56,871 nt of DNA from Ascoidea asiatica JCM 7603 (Eukaryota > Fungi > Ascomycota), in NCBI GenBank assembly GCA_001600695.1, contig BCKQ01000019.1, positions 174,309-231,179 on the forward strand, read 5' to 3'. Made by a program: the position numbers and the translations under genes. Each line of letters begins with the position of its first letter. The stretch's first letter is position 1. Below the pieces are notes generated by a model that saw only the letters and a program-made list of their open reading frames with translations, did no database searches and was not told where the DNA came from. Below are positions 35,356 to 45,747 of this stretch, piece by piece.

Positions 35356-36540
35356 TTAAGCAGTACAAGCAGAACCTGTTGCAGATTCAGTAACTGTAAC
35401 TGTAATAAATGACATTGGATTATTAAAATGACCAAATTTACCATATTTACTAAAATTACTACCATAACTTTCACTTGGCATTGGAATTGCAAGATATGTT
35501 GAACCTGCAGAAATTAAAGTAGTTGCAGAAGCAGTTTCAGTTTCAATAATTGATGAATCTAAAGAAGCTGAGCCATAACTTAAAGTACTTACACTCATTG
35601 TTCCAAAAACACTAGAAGAACTTTCCGAAGAAGAAACTTCTGATGAAGAAGTTGCAACTGCAGCAACTTCAACTTGTTCTGAAGTAGAAGATGATGAAAC
35701 AATTTTAGTAGTTGATGATGATGAGGCTAAAATACTTCCTGAGCTTTGAGAAACTTCTGAGGTTAAAGAACTTGAAGAACTTGATGAATTATAAACAGCA
35801 GGACCTGGAATTGTATAATTATAAAGTTTTGGATAATAAATATCTACAAAAATTCCTGGATCAGTATTTTTATAAGCACCTGGAAATTTAACACCTTCTG
35901 GAATTGCAGAACCATTACTAGAAATTTTTAAATTTGTACAAGATGGATAAAATTGTCCAGAATTTAAATGAGATGCATTATGTAAAGCTAAAATTTCATG
36001 TCTCATTAAATAATTACCAGATACAATATCTGAAGGAATAGTAACAGTCCATGAATTATTATTTGCCATTAAAACATCTGAAGCCCAATAACCTTCAACA
36101 TATTCAGTTGCATTACTAATTAAACCAGCTTCATCAATTTTAAACCATGATAATTCAGATGGTGTCATTTCTGAACAATTACCATTACAATTTGCTAAAT
36201 ATGTTATAACTGGACCTCTATGAGATGTACCCCATTGAGTCCAATAAAGTCCAACATCTTCACCTGCATTTACTGGAGCAACTAAAGTTGAAGGTTCTGC
36301 ACCTTTATTACAAACAATATCAACTAAAGAAACATCTTCAACTGGTCCATTAGTTGCATTAAAAAAAGACCAGACAACTCTTTCTGGAATTGGATTTCTT
36401 GTTGGATCAGAAAATGGATTTGAACCAGGATACCAAACATCACCAATTTTAATATCAGTTAAAAATCCATGAGATTTAACTAATGAAGGTAATGACAATG
36501 TTGAAATTAATGAAATTAAAGATTTTGTTAATAATTTCAT
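35356..36540 (-). CDS. Secreted AA9 lytic polysaccharide monooxygenase (copy 1) with Ser/Thr tail
   Basis: Signal peptide then His1 (residue 24, HGF), DIVCNKGA, SHRGPVITYLA, WFKIDEAG, GNYLMRHEILALH, QFYPSC, YTIPGP. Confidence 0.96.
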   Translation of the reverse strand: MKLLTKSLISLISTLSLPSLVKSHGFLTDIKIGDVWYPGSNPFSDPTRNPIPERVVWSFFNATNGPVEDVSLVDIVCNKGAEPSTLVAPVNAGEDVGLYWTQWGTSHRGPVITYLANCNGNCSEMTPSELSWFKIDEAGLISNATEYVEGYWASDVLMANNNSWTVTIPSDIVSGNYLMRHEILALHNASHLNSGQFYPSCTNLKISSNGSAIPEGVKFPGAYKNTDPGIFVDIYYPKLYNYTIPGPAVYNSSSSSSSLTSEVSQSSGSILASSSSTTKIVSSSSTSEQVEVAAVATSSSEVSSSESSSSVFGTMSVSTLSYGSASLDSSIIETETASATTLISAGSTYLAIPMPSESYGSNFSKYGKFGHFNNPMSFITVTVTESATGSACTA

Positions 36541-36545
36541 TTTGA

Positions 36546-36579
<34 letters not shown>

Positions 36580-37937
36580 GATTCTTTTTGGAATTAATGA
36601 AACTTTTCTAGATAATGGTAATTTGTTTATATTATTTTTTAAATTATAGAATTTAAATTAAAGAATTGAAATATTAAAGGAATGACTTGAAATGAGTGAC
36701 TTAAAAGAGTGACTAAAAAACTGAGTGTTTTTTTTTTTTATATATATATATAATATTCTATAGTTTATAATAATAATATCATTCAAAAGTAATATGATTA
36801 CAAAGACAATTTAAGGTATTTATATCATATTTGCAAATTGAAAGAAAAAAAAATTGAGACTATTAATGATTTCAATTCAATGACATTAATGATATTAATC
36901 TTTTTCTAAATAATTATTGGTAATTTTATTAAATGGATGGTATCTTTTAAGGAGAATTAATTTAAGAGGGTATGATTCGAAACACATTGAAGTGTAAATA
37001 AATATTCATTCAGGTTCATAAATGTATAAGTTTAAGTTAAAAGTATTCATTTATTTTACAATTTCAATCATTTACGTTACATTTAAAAGGTTCTAATTGA
37101 AAATGTAAATAAAGTTCAATGAAACATAATTTACTTTACCTGCTTCACTTATTTTACCTTGATTCTCATCGGTAAGATTAATATTATTGATAAGAATAGC
37201 AAATAATTATTTGAAATAAGTTCTTAAATAATATTATTTCATTATTACCACCAGCTTTTTTTGTAATCGAGTATCTTTTTTCATTAAAATATTTGTAAAT
37301 CTTTAATTTTGATAGAAAAATTTAAGTTTCAAACACAAATTCATTTGAAATTTTTATGGAGACCAAAACTTGGATCTTCTAACCGGTTTTTATAAACATT
37401 CCGTGTAAATGAAAAATATGGAAAGTATAAACAAAAATATCCATTAGACGGAAATAATTACACGTGATTTTGCGTGTGGCATAAAAATGGTTGCATACCA
37501 CGTGATCTTTTGTGCTTTTTTTTAGTTGGTTCTGAAGTTCGGAGTTGCACGGACCGGGCCATTTGCGGAGATAAGAATAATATTGTCCTCGGTTCCCCAG
37601 AGATTCGAGGACAGTTTTGGCAGTAGAGGAGCGAAATACGAGGGTATCAGCTGAGTTCCGAGCAGACTTAGCTTTTTCTTTTGTCTGCGCCACACCTGGT
37701 CTGCCTTGACGTAAGACGCAACTTTTCTCCCCGCGTAACTTTTTCAAATCTTTCGAAGAGTTCGCAGAGCTCACTTTCTTTTTGTATAAAGTAAAAGAAT
37801 CTGCCTCAATTTCTTTTATTTTTTTCTGCCTCAGTACCACAATTTTTAATAAAAAAGAAAACTAAACAAGATTTAATAATCCTCAATATTTTACACAGTA
37901 TTTTTCTTTAGTTTTTTATATCAATAATTTTTTCAAA

Positions 37938-38342
37938 ATGGCAATTTATAAAGCTCAATGTCTTTGTGGTGAAGTTAAATATCAAGTTACCGGTGAACCA
38001 TTTGTAAATGAAACTTGTTACTGTAATCATTGTACAATTCCATCATCTTCCAATGGTCCTTCTTTAGTTGGTTATGATCCAAAAGATGTTAAAAAAATAG
38101 ATCCAAAATCTTTAGAAATCAAATATACAATGTATGATACTGAATCTGGAAAACCAAAATCAAGATTTTTCTGTGGTAATTGTGGTACAATGACTAAAGT
38201 TCATTGTGATGTTAATGGTAAAGATTTCATTGCTGCTTTTCTTTTTAAGACTCCAGAAAACAATTACACTTTACCTGATAATATGAAACCAACTGTTGAG
38301 TTTTTCAAACAAGGTAAAGAAGACTTGAAATACAAATTATAA
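37938..38342 (+). CDS. GFA/CENP-V (Mss4-like) zinc-binding protein
   Basis: CLCGEVKY, CYCNHC, SGKPKSRFFCGNCGT. Confidence 0.9.
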   Translation: MAIYKAQCLCGEVKYQVTGEPFVNETCYCNHCTIPSSSNGPSLVGYDPKDVKKIDPKSLEIKYTMYDTESGKPKSRFFCGNCGTMTKVHCDVNGKDFIAAFLFKTPENNYTLPDNMKPTVEFFKQGKEDLKYKL

Positions 38343-38967
38343 TCTTTTTCAATATGACTATAGATACATATATATATAGATATAGAAATAGAAATGAAAA
38401 TAAAAATATTCTCAAATAAATTTATTTTGTATTCGTAAATAATTTTAAGCTCAAATCGAGTCCAGTTATGCGGGTCTTCTTTCTTGGACCCTCTTTTTTT
38501 TTTATTTCTGACGCCAATTATAAGGATCCACTTCAAATCATAATAATATCAACGATAATTTCAGCGATAATTTCAGCGATAATCTCATAAACAGCAAATA
38601 ATTTTTTAGTTACAATTTTATTCTCTAACATTGATATAAATTAAAAATTCTCTAATGAATCTTTCATAAAATTTGGTATACAAAACAAACCTAAATGTTA
38701 AAAATCCCTTATCTGTTTTTTGTTCAATTTTTTTATTTTCTGAAATGATTTATTTATTACGATTTTCTATTTTTGTTTTCCTTTATTCTCATTTTTATTT
38801 GTATATAAATATTCTTATTTCTTCATTATATTATTGTAATTTTAAAAATTATGAATATATTCATATAAATTATTATTAAAAAGTAATTTAATTCAATTTA
38901 ATTTAATTTAATCTAATTTAATTATAGTTTCATAAAAATTATAAATTCAGTCACTCTTTTAAAAAAA

Positions 38968-40081
38968 ATGTTTTTCAATTCAAATTTTAATTTTTCTTCA
39001 ATTTTAATTATTTTTTTATTAAATTTTTTTTTCTTAAATTCTGTTCAATCCCATGGATATTTAACTGATATTCAAATTGGTGATATTTGGTATCCTGGTT
39101 CAAATCCATATGTTGATGTTTATTTAAAACCAGAAAAAATAGTTTGGCCATTTTATGAAGCTGGTAATGGTCCAGTTGAAGATGTTTCTTTAGTTGATAT
39201 TGTTTGTAATAAAGGTGCAGAACCTTCAAATTTAGTTGCTCCTGTAAATGCAGGTGAAGAAATTAATCTTTTTTGGACTGAATGGTTAGATTCTCATAGA
39301 GGTCCAGTTATAACATATTTAGCAAATTGTAATGGTAATTGTTCAGAAATGACACCATCTAATTTATCATGGTTTAAAATTGATGAAGCTGGTTTATTAA
39401 ATGATAATGATTCTTATCCTTATGGATATTGGGCTTCTGATGCTTTGAAAGCTAATAATAATTCATGGAGTATAACTATCCCTTCAGATATAATTTCTGG
39501 TAATTATTTAATGAGACATGAAATTTTAGCTTTACATAATGCAACTTATTTAAATTCTGGACAATTTTATCCATCTTGTACAAATTTAAAAATTTCTAGT
39601 AATGGTTCTGCAACTCCAGAAGGTGTTAAATTTCCAGGTGCTTATAAAAATACTGATCCAGGAATTTTTGTAGATATTTATTATCCAAAACTTTATAATT
39701 ATACAATTCCAGGTCCTGCTGTTTATAATTCATCAAGTTCTTCAAGTTCTTTAACCTCAGAAGTTTCTCAAAGCTCAGGAAGTATTTTAGCCTCATCATC
39801 ATCATCATCATCATCATCTTTTACTATATCTTCATCAGTTACAGAACTAGTTGAAGTTGCAGCAGTTACTTCTTCTACTAAATCTTTTACTTCTTTTATT
39901 TCTTCAAGTTTAACATCTTCTTTAGCATCACCATCATCAGTTAATTTTGGAACTTTATCAACAGAATCAGTCAATTATGGTTCTTTTTCATCCAATTCTA
40001 ATGTATATTCCAACAAAACTGAACTGGAATCATTTTCAATTCCAACTCCAATGCCAAGTGATGAATTTAATAATAATACCC

Positions 40082-40122
<41 letters not shown>

Positions 40123-40215
40123 TATAAATTTAATTTTGGACCAATTGGTAATTATACATCATTAGTAACCATTACTGTTACTGAAAAAGTAACTGAATAT
40201 GCATGTACTGTTTGA
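38968..40215 (+). CDS. Secreted AA9 lytic polysaccharide monooxygenase (copy 2) with Ser/Thr tail
   Basis: Signal peptide then His1 (residue 29, HGY); same copper-brace His/His/Tyr motifs as copy 1. Confidence 0.96.
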
Positions 40216-40261
40216 AAATAATTCATTTATTGATATATAAATATATATTTTAATAAATAAG

Positions 40262-40293
<32 letters not shown>

Positions 40294-40351
40294 CCTATTT
40301 CTGTTCTCTTCATAAGAAACAAAAACATAAAAAAGTAATTGAAAAAAAGAA

Positions 40352-40432
40352 CGACAACAGCAGGACTCGAACCTGCGCGGGTAAACCCAAAAGATTTCTA
40401 ATCTTTCGCCTTAACCACTCGGCCATGTTGCC
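40352..40432 (-). tRNA. tRNA-Ser(AGA)
   Basis: Reverse complement GGCAACATGGCCGAGTGGTTAAGGCGAAAGA-TTAGAAA-TCTTT...GGTTCGAGTCC...TGTTGTCG. Confidence 0.96.
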
Positions 40433-40707
40433 CACAAACAATTTTTTTTAAAATAGATAAAAGATAGGCTACGCGTATATAATATCCCAAGTTATCGCTA
40501 AATTAACTTTTTTTAATCATTTATAAAAAATAATCATCATTTAAAGTTTAGAGACCAGAATTGTGGGTTTTATTTTCTAATTTTTAATTTTTAATTTTTT
40601 TTTCAGGTCGGTTCCGCATTTGCCGTTGACCTTATTTATTACGGGTGTTGAAAGGTCCGTGTTCCGGGGTATAAGTTAAAAATTAAATATTTATTACCTA
40701 AAATTAT

Positions 40708-41082
40708 CTAATGAGTGGTGAGTGTTATAAACCTTTGATGAATAATGGGAATATAAAATAAAATAAAAAAAACAGTTAAGATTGTAAAAATTACTCTGAA
40801 AGGAAATATTGAATCAATATTAAAAATAAAAAATAAAATATTTGAACTGATTAAAGAAAGTAATAAAATTAAACATGAAAATAAAGAAATATCAAAAAAT
40901 AAAAATGAAAATGAGAATATTAAATCATAAATAAGAATAAATAATCTTAAAGTAATTGAATTAATTTGAAATGAACGATAAACAAAATAATTAAAAGCTG
41001 TTGATGATATTAATATAAAAAAATTTATAAATAAATAATATTTAATTCTTTCATTTTCTGGAATAAAAAACCGTTTAAACAT
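40708..41082 (-). CDS. Hypothetical hydrophobic protein (possibly spurious or a gene remnant)
   Basis: 124-codon ORF, longer than expected in such AT-rich DNA, but with no recognisable motif; hydrophobicity may simply reflect T-richness. Confidence 0.2.
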   Translation of the reverse strand: MFKRFFIPENERIKYYLFINFFILISSTAFNYFVYRSFQINSITLRLFILIYDLIFSFSFLFFDISLFSCLILLLSLISSNILFFIFNIDSIFPFRVIFTILTVFFILFYIPIIHQRFITLTTH

Positions 41083-41429
41083 TATTAAAAAATTTTGGTT
41101 TTGAATTAAATTTTAAAGAAATAAATTTATTTTCAATTTCCAAATTTATTTTAATTTTTTCATATTCAATTATATTTAAAATATCATTTAAATTTAAAAT
41201 TATATAATTTTTTTGATTAATTTCTCTAATTTTTGATTTCATTTTTAATTTCATTTTTAATTTCATTTTTAATGTAATATAATATAATATAATATAATAT
41301 TATAGTAGATAAGATATGAATTGAAATATAATGAAATATAATGAAATATAAAGAAATATAGAAAGAAAGTTGAGACCATTTCAATGGATCCGAAGAATAT
41401 ACCAATTTGAAACATAATGTGAAATACAT

Positions 41430-41490
41430 GATATGATATATGATATATGATATATGATATATGATATATGATATATGATATATGATATAT
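41430..41490. repeat. (TGATATA)n heptamer tandem repeat
   Basis: About 8 visible copies just downstream of the RRM gene. Confidence 0.9.
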
Positions 41491-41516
41491 TAGAATATAA
41501 TGGAAGAGAATATTAT

Positions 41517-41909
41517 TTATAATGTAATTTTATTAATATTAATACTTTTTGAACAGAATAAATAATTATTAAAATATTCAAAACCATTAATGTTTTTTAT
41601 AGCTTCTTGAGAATCAGTGATTTCTTCAAATTCAATATCTGCATATACATTTTTTTTATTATTATTATTTTTATTATTATTATTGTTATTATTTGATAAT
41701 TTTAATGAGATTATATTACCAAAAGGTAAAAAAAGTGAATAAAGATCATTTTCAGTTATTGAAATTGGTAAATTGACTAAGATTGTTAGTAACTTGTTGT
41801 GATTAGTGGTTATTGGTTATAATACTTGTTATAATACTTGTTATAATACTTGTTATAATACTGGTTATAAGTCAGTGGAATACTTACCAACATGAACAGT
41901 TGAACTCAT
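41517..41909 (-). CDS. Spliced single-RRM protein resembling the RRM of cyclophilin E/Cyp33 (exons 41888-41909 and 41517-41776)
   Basis: ATG 41909; 5' splice site GTAAGT at 41887, branch TACTAAC at 41791-41785, TAG ending 41777. Product MSSTVHVVNLPISITENDLYSLFLPFGNII...YADIEFEEITDSQEAIKNINGFEYF...; absent from the ORF track. Confidence 0.85.
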
Positions 41910-42093
41910 TGCAATGAAGTCGATTACCTGTTCAATTGACTGCTACTCCTTTACTTCTCTTACTTCTCTTACTTCAATAACTTCTCTTCCTTCTCTTACT
42001 TGTCTTACTTCTCTTCCTTCTTCTTCTTCTTCTTCTTCTTGTTATTGTTATTGTTATTGTTATTGTTTATAAGTTGCTTTTGTGGGTTATTGA

Positions 42094-42167
42094 TCACATG
42101 ACATACAAATCAAAACTAATCACCTGACCGTATCACCTGACCATATCACATGACCATATCACATGAC
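42094..42167. promoter_or_regulatory. Array of five E-box/Cbf1-like TCAC(A/C)TGAC sites
   Basis: Sites at 42094, 42120, 42133, 42146, 42159 (13-bp period for the last four). Confidence 0.65.
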
Positions 42168-42269
42168 TGCAAACGACCACAATCCACCACCCCTTTCCCT
42201 TGTCCTGTGCTGTTCTTTCTCTGGTGTTTTTTAACCACCGCTGAGTTCTTGTGGCTCAGTGGCAAATCG

Positions 42270-42595
42270 GTGGGGTCTGAGGCTTCCTGAGTAAACCTGT
42301 TTCCAACAAAAACCGGTTCTTTTCGTTCCGGTTCGACTCTCGCAGGTGGGAAATTCGGTGAAACTTTTCCCAGTGCTGCAGCACTTACATAAACAAGGCT
42401 CGTGAGAGCGCCATTCGTCCAGGATGGAGGGGATCACTAGCAATTCCGGGGGCAGCACCTGACTGCCCCCATGGCAGATTCCCTGGGAAATTGGCCAGAG
42501 CCCCCGGACGGCCTCCGGGTCGGCTCTCAGAGCTGTTCAGTTCAATACCCAAACAGGCAATACGCACTCAATACCGATCACAGCTCCAGTCCCAC
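42270..42595 (+). ncRNA. RPR1: Nuclear RNase P RNA
   Basis: CR-I CAGGTGGGAAATTCGGTGAAAC, CR-II CTCGTGAGAG, CR-III TGGGAAA, CR-IV GTTCAGTTCAAT, CR-V ACTCAATACCGAT; terminal P1 pairing GTGGGGTCTGAGGCT/AGCTCCAGTCCCAC; T-run terminator at about 42604; ends approximate. Confidence 0.92.
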
Positions 42596-42786
42596 GGATC
42601 TTCTTTTTTTCTTCACTTCTTCACTTCTTCACTTCTTCACTTCTTCACTTCTTTCATTCATTGCAAAATTTTCTTTGTTTTCTATCGAAATATATCAAAT
42701 AAATACCAATTAAATCTATATCTATCTATATACTTATATATCTATATATACTCATATTCAATACCAACTTTTCAATAAAAAATATA

Positions 42787-45480
42787 ATGAAATCATTATT
42801 AACCAATGAATCAATAATCATTGGTTCAAATCCATTAAATCAATGTTCAGATTATAATAATTTTTTAAAATTAATTGTTTTTGGTTCTGGAAATTTAATT
42901 TCAATTTTTAATCCATTTAAAATTAAAAATGGTATTTTAAAAACTTTAAAATCTCATAAAGATAAAATTATAAATTTAAAATTTTTACCAAATTCAAATT
43001 TCTTAATCTCTACAAGTGTTGATTCATCTATTAAAATTTGGAAATATAATAAAAACTCTAATAACAATAATGATAACAATAATGATAATGATAATGATAA
43101 TGATATAAGTTGGGAATTATTTCAAACTATTGAAATTAAAGAAAGTAATAACGATAATAATAATGAAAATGATAATAAAAATTCTTCAATTTTATCTTTA
43201 TCAACTACAAATCATCAATTAAATTTAAATTCAAATCCAAATAATATTAATAATAATAATCAATTATCTTTTGTAATTTCAAATTCAAATGGTAATATAT
43301 ATATATATACATTTAATAAATTTGAAAATGAATTTAAAAATATAAAAAAATTTAAAATAACCGCTGATAATAATAATAATAATAATTTTTTATTTTATCC
43401 ATTATCTTTATTATTATTAAATTTTTTTAATAATGATTATATTTTAATAATTTCTGGTACAAATAATTTTATTTATTTTTATTCTTTTACAATTTTAAAT
43501 AATTTAAAAATTAATAATTTTAATTATAATTTTAAATTATCTGGTCATGAAGATTGGATTAAATCTTTATCAATCAAGAAATTAAATAATAACAACAATA
43601 ACAACAATAACAACAATAACTCTTTTGGTGATTATTATTTAGCTTCTGGTTCTCAAGATAAATATATAAGAATTTGGAATATAAATATTTCAAATAATTC
43701 ATCAAATAATTCATCAATAGATTCATCAACTGATTCAATAATCAATAGTAAATTATTGAATAATAAAATTTATAAAATTAAATTAATTTCAAATTTAAAT
43801 ATAATTTATAAAATTAATTTTGATTCTTTAATTATTGGTAATGATGATTGGATTTCTTCATTAACTTGGAATCCAAATTATTTAAATTTAAATTTATTAT
43901 CAACTTCAAATGATGGTAATTTAATAATTTGGAAAATTGATAATAAAACTAAAATTTGGTATTCAATTTCTATACTTGGTAATTTATTAAATAATTTTAA
44001 AGGTTCAAATTCTATCTTTGGTTCTTCAAATGATTTCTTAAATTCTTTTTGGATTAATAATAATAATAATAATAATGATTATATTTTAACAAATACAAAA
44101 AATGGTGCTTTTAAATCTTGGATTAATGATAATACAAAAAATGACTTTAATTGGAAAGAATATTATTCATTATCTGGTTCTATAAAAGAAATTACTGATT
44201 TATCTTGGTCTGAATCAAATTATTTATTATCAACTTCTTTAGATAAAACAACAAGATTATATTCAAAATTAGCCGCTGATACAAATAATAATAATAATAC
44301 AAATAACTGGTATGAATTTTCAAGACCACAAATTCATGGTTATGAAATGATATGTATAAAATCTTTAAATAATAATCAATTCATAAGCGCCGGTGATGAA
44401 AAAATTTTAAGAGTTTTTAATAAACCAAAATCAATTAAAAATTTATTAAATAATTTATCAACTTCCACTGATATTGATAATAACCAAGATAATAATAATG
44501 ATAATGATGATGATGAAATTGAAAATGTTTCTGTACCAACTTTAGGTTTATCAAATAAAATTGAAAAAATTTTAAATGAAAATGGTGAAGAAATTAATTT
44601 AAATTCAATTGAATTAAATTCTTTAATTAATCAACCTAATGAAAATCATTTAGAAAAATTTACTTTATGGATTGAAAATGAAAAATTATATGGTCATGGT
44701 TTTGAAATTATAAATTTAGATATTTCAAATAATAAAAAATTTTTAATAACTTCATGTAAATCAAATAATTTAAATCATTCAAAATTAATTTTATATCAAA
44801 TTTTAAATAATAACAAAATTTTTAAAAAAATTAATTCATTACCTGAATTAAAATTTCATAATTTAACTGTAACTTCATTAAAATTCTCAATTGATGATTT
44901 ATTCATATTAGCAGTTTCAAGAGATAGAAAATTTTCAATTTGGGAATTTAATAATAATTTTATTAATCCAAATTTTATCCTAAAAACTTTTAATGAAAAA
45001 GCTCATTCAAAAATTATTTGGGATTGTTGTTGGATTCCATCAATAAAATTTGGTTATTTTTTTATAACTTGTTCAAGAGATAAATCAATAAAATTATGGA
45101 ATTTTTTACCAAATAATATTATAAATTATAAATTAATTACTCAAATTAAAAATTTTAATTCTTCAGTAACTTCAATTGATATTTTAAAAGATTTAATAAA
45201 TTATTCAATTTCTTTAATTTCTATTGGTTTAGAAAATGGTGATATTTATATATATTCAATAAATTTAAAAAATTTAAAAAATTCAGAAAATTCAGAAAAT
45301 ATTGAATTTAAATTAATTGAAAAATTAAATTATGATTTAACTCCAGATGATAGAATTAATTCAATTAATTGGAGTTATAAATGTAAAAATGAAAATAAAT
45401 ATATGTTAGCTGTTGGAAGTTCTGATAATTCTATAAGAATTTTTAGTTTCAAACTTGAAAATCTTTTAAAAGTTTTATAA
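42787..45480 (+). CDS. ELP2: Elongator complex WD40 subunit 2
   Basis: GHEDWIKSL, LASGSQDKYIRIW, STSLDKTTRL, EFSRPQIHGYEM, VPTLGLSNK, EKLYGHGFEI. Confidence 0.95.
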   Translation: MKSLLTNESIIIGSNPLNQCSDYNNFLKLIVFGSGNLISIFNPFKIKNGILKTLKSHKDKIINLKFLPNSNFLISTSVDSSIKIWKYNKNSNNNNDNNNDNDNDNDISWELFQTIEIKESNNDNNNENDNKNSSILSLSTTNHQLNLNSNPNNINNNNQLSFVISNSNGNIYIYTFNKFENEFKNIKKFKITADNNNNNNFLFYPLSLLLLNFFNNDYILIISGTNNFIYFYSFTILNNLKINNFNYNFKLSGHEDWIKSLSIKKLNNNNNNNNNNNNSFGDYYLASGSQDKYIRIWNINISNNSSNNSSIDSSTDSIINSKLLNNKIYKIKLISNLNIIYKINFDSLIIGNDDWISSLTWNPNYLNLNLLSTSNDGNLIIWKIDNKTKIWYSISILGNLLNNFKGSNSIFGSSNDFLNSFWINNNNNNNDYILTNTKNGAFKSWINDNTKNDFNWKEYYSLSGSIKEITDLSWSESNYLLSTSLDKTTRLYSKLAADTNNNNNTNNWYEFSRPQIHGYEMICIKSLNNNQFISAGDEKILRVFNKPKSIKNLLNNLSTSTDIDNNQDNNNDNDDDEIENVSVPTLGLSNKIEKILNENGEEINLNSIELNSLINQPNENHLEKFTLWIENEKLYGHGFEIINLDISNNKKFLITSCKSNNLNHSKLILYQILNNNKIFKKINSLPELKFHNLTVTSLKFSIDDLFILAVSRDRKFSIWEFNNNFINPNFILKTFNEKAHSKIIWDCCWIPSIKFGYFFITCSRDKSIKLWNFLPNNIINYKLITQIKNFNSSVTSIDILKDLINYSISLISIGLENGDIYIYSINLKNLKNSENSENIEFKLIEKLNYDLTPDDRINSINWSYKCKNENKYMLAVGSSDNSIRIFSFKLENLLKVL

Positions 45481-45747
45481 ATAAATATTTATTAAATAAA
45501 AAGTTAAATTTTTTCAAATAAAAAATGTTTCTTCTTTTTGATTGAAAAGAAATTGAATAATATTTATGATATATTTTCAATATATAGTTATTTAATATGA
45601 ATTAAAAAAAGGTAAAATCAAAATGAAATATTGAGTTTAATAGAATAAAAATAAATTTTTAGGTTACTATAAAATAAAAAATAATGAGATAAATAAAAAA
45701 AAATAGAACTATAAAATAAAAGAATTAATAAAAGAAAAAAATGTTAA

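Noticed and set aside
37379-37840. 153-aa minus-strand ORF between the LPMOs
   Set aside because: Non-ATG start, lies in a GC-rich promoter island, atypical codon usage, no motif
39626-40165. Poly-Met, poly-Asp and poly-Ile ORFs and other antisense or alternate-frame ORFs within long genes
   Set aside because: Shadows of TCA/AAT codon repeats in the real CDS
42231-42778. Four short GC-rich ORFs
   Set aside because: They overlap the RNase P RNA gene, whose GC content explains the lack of stops
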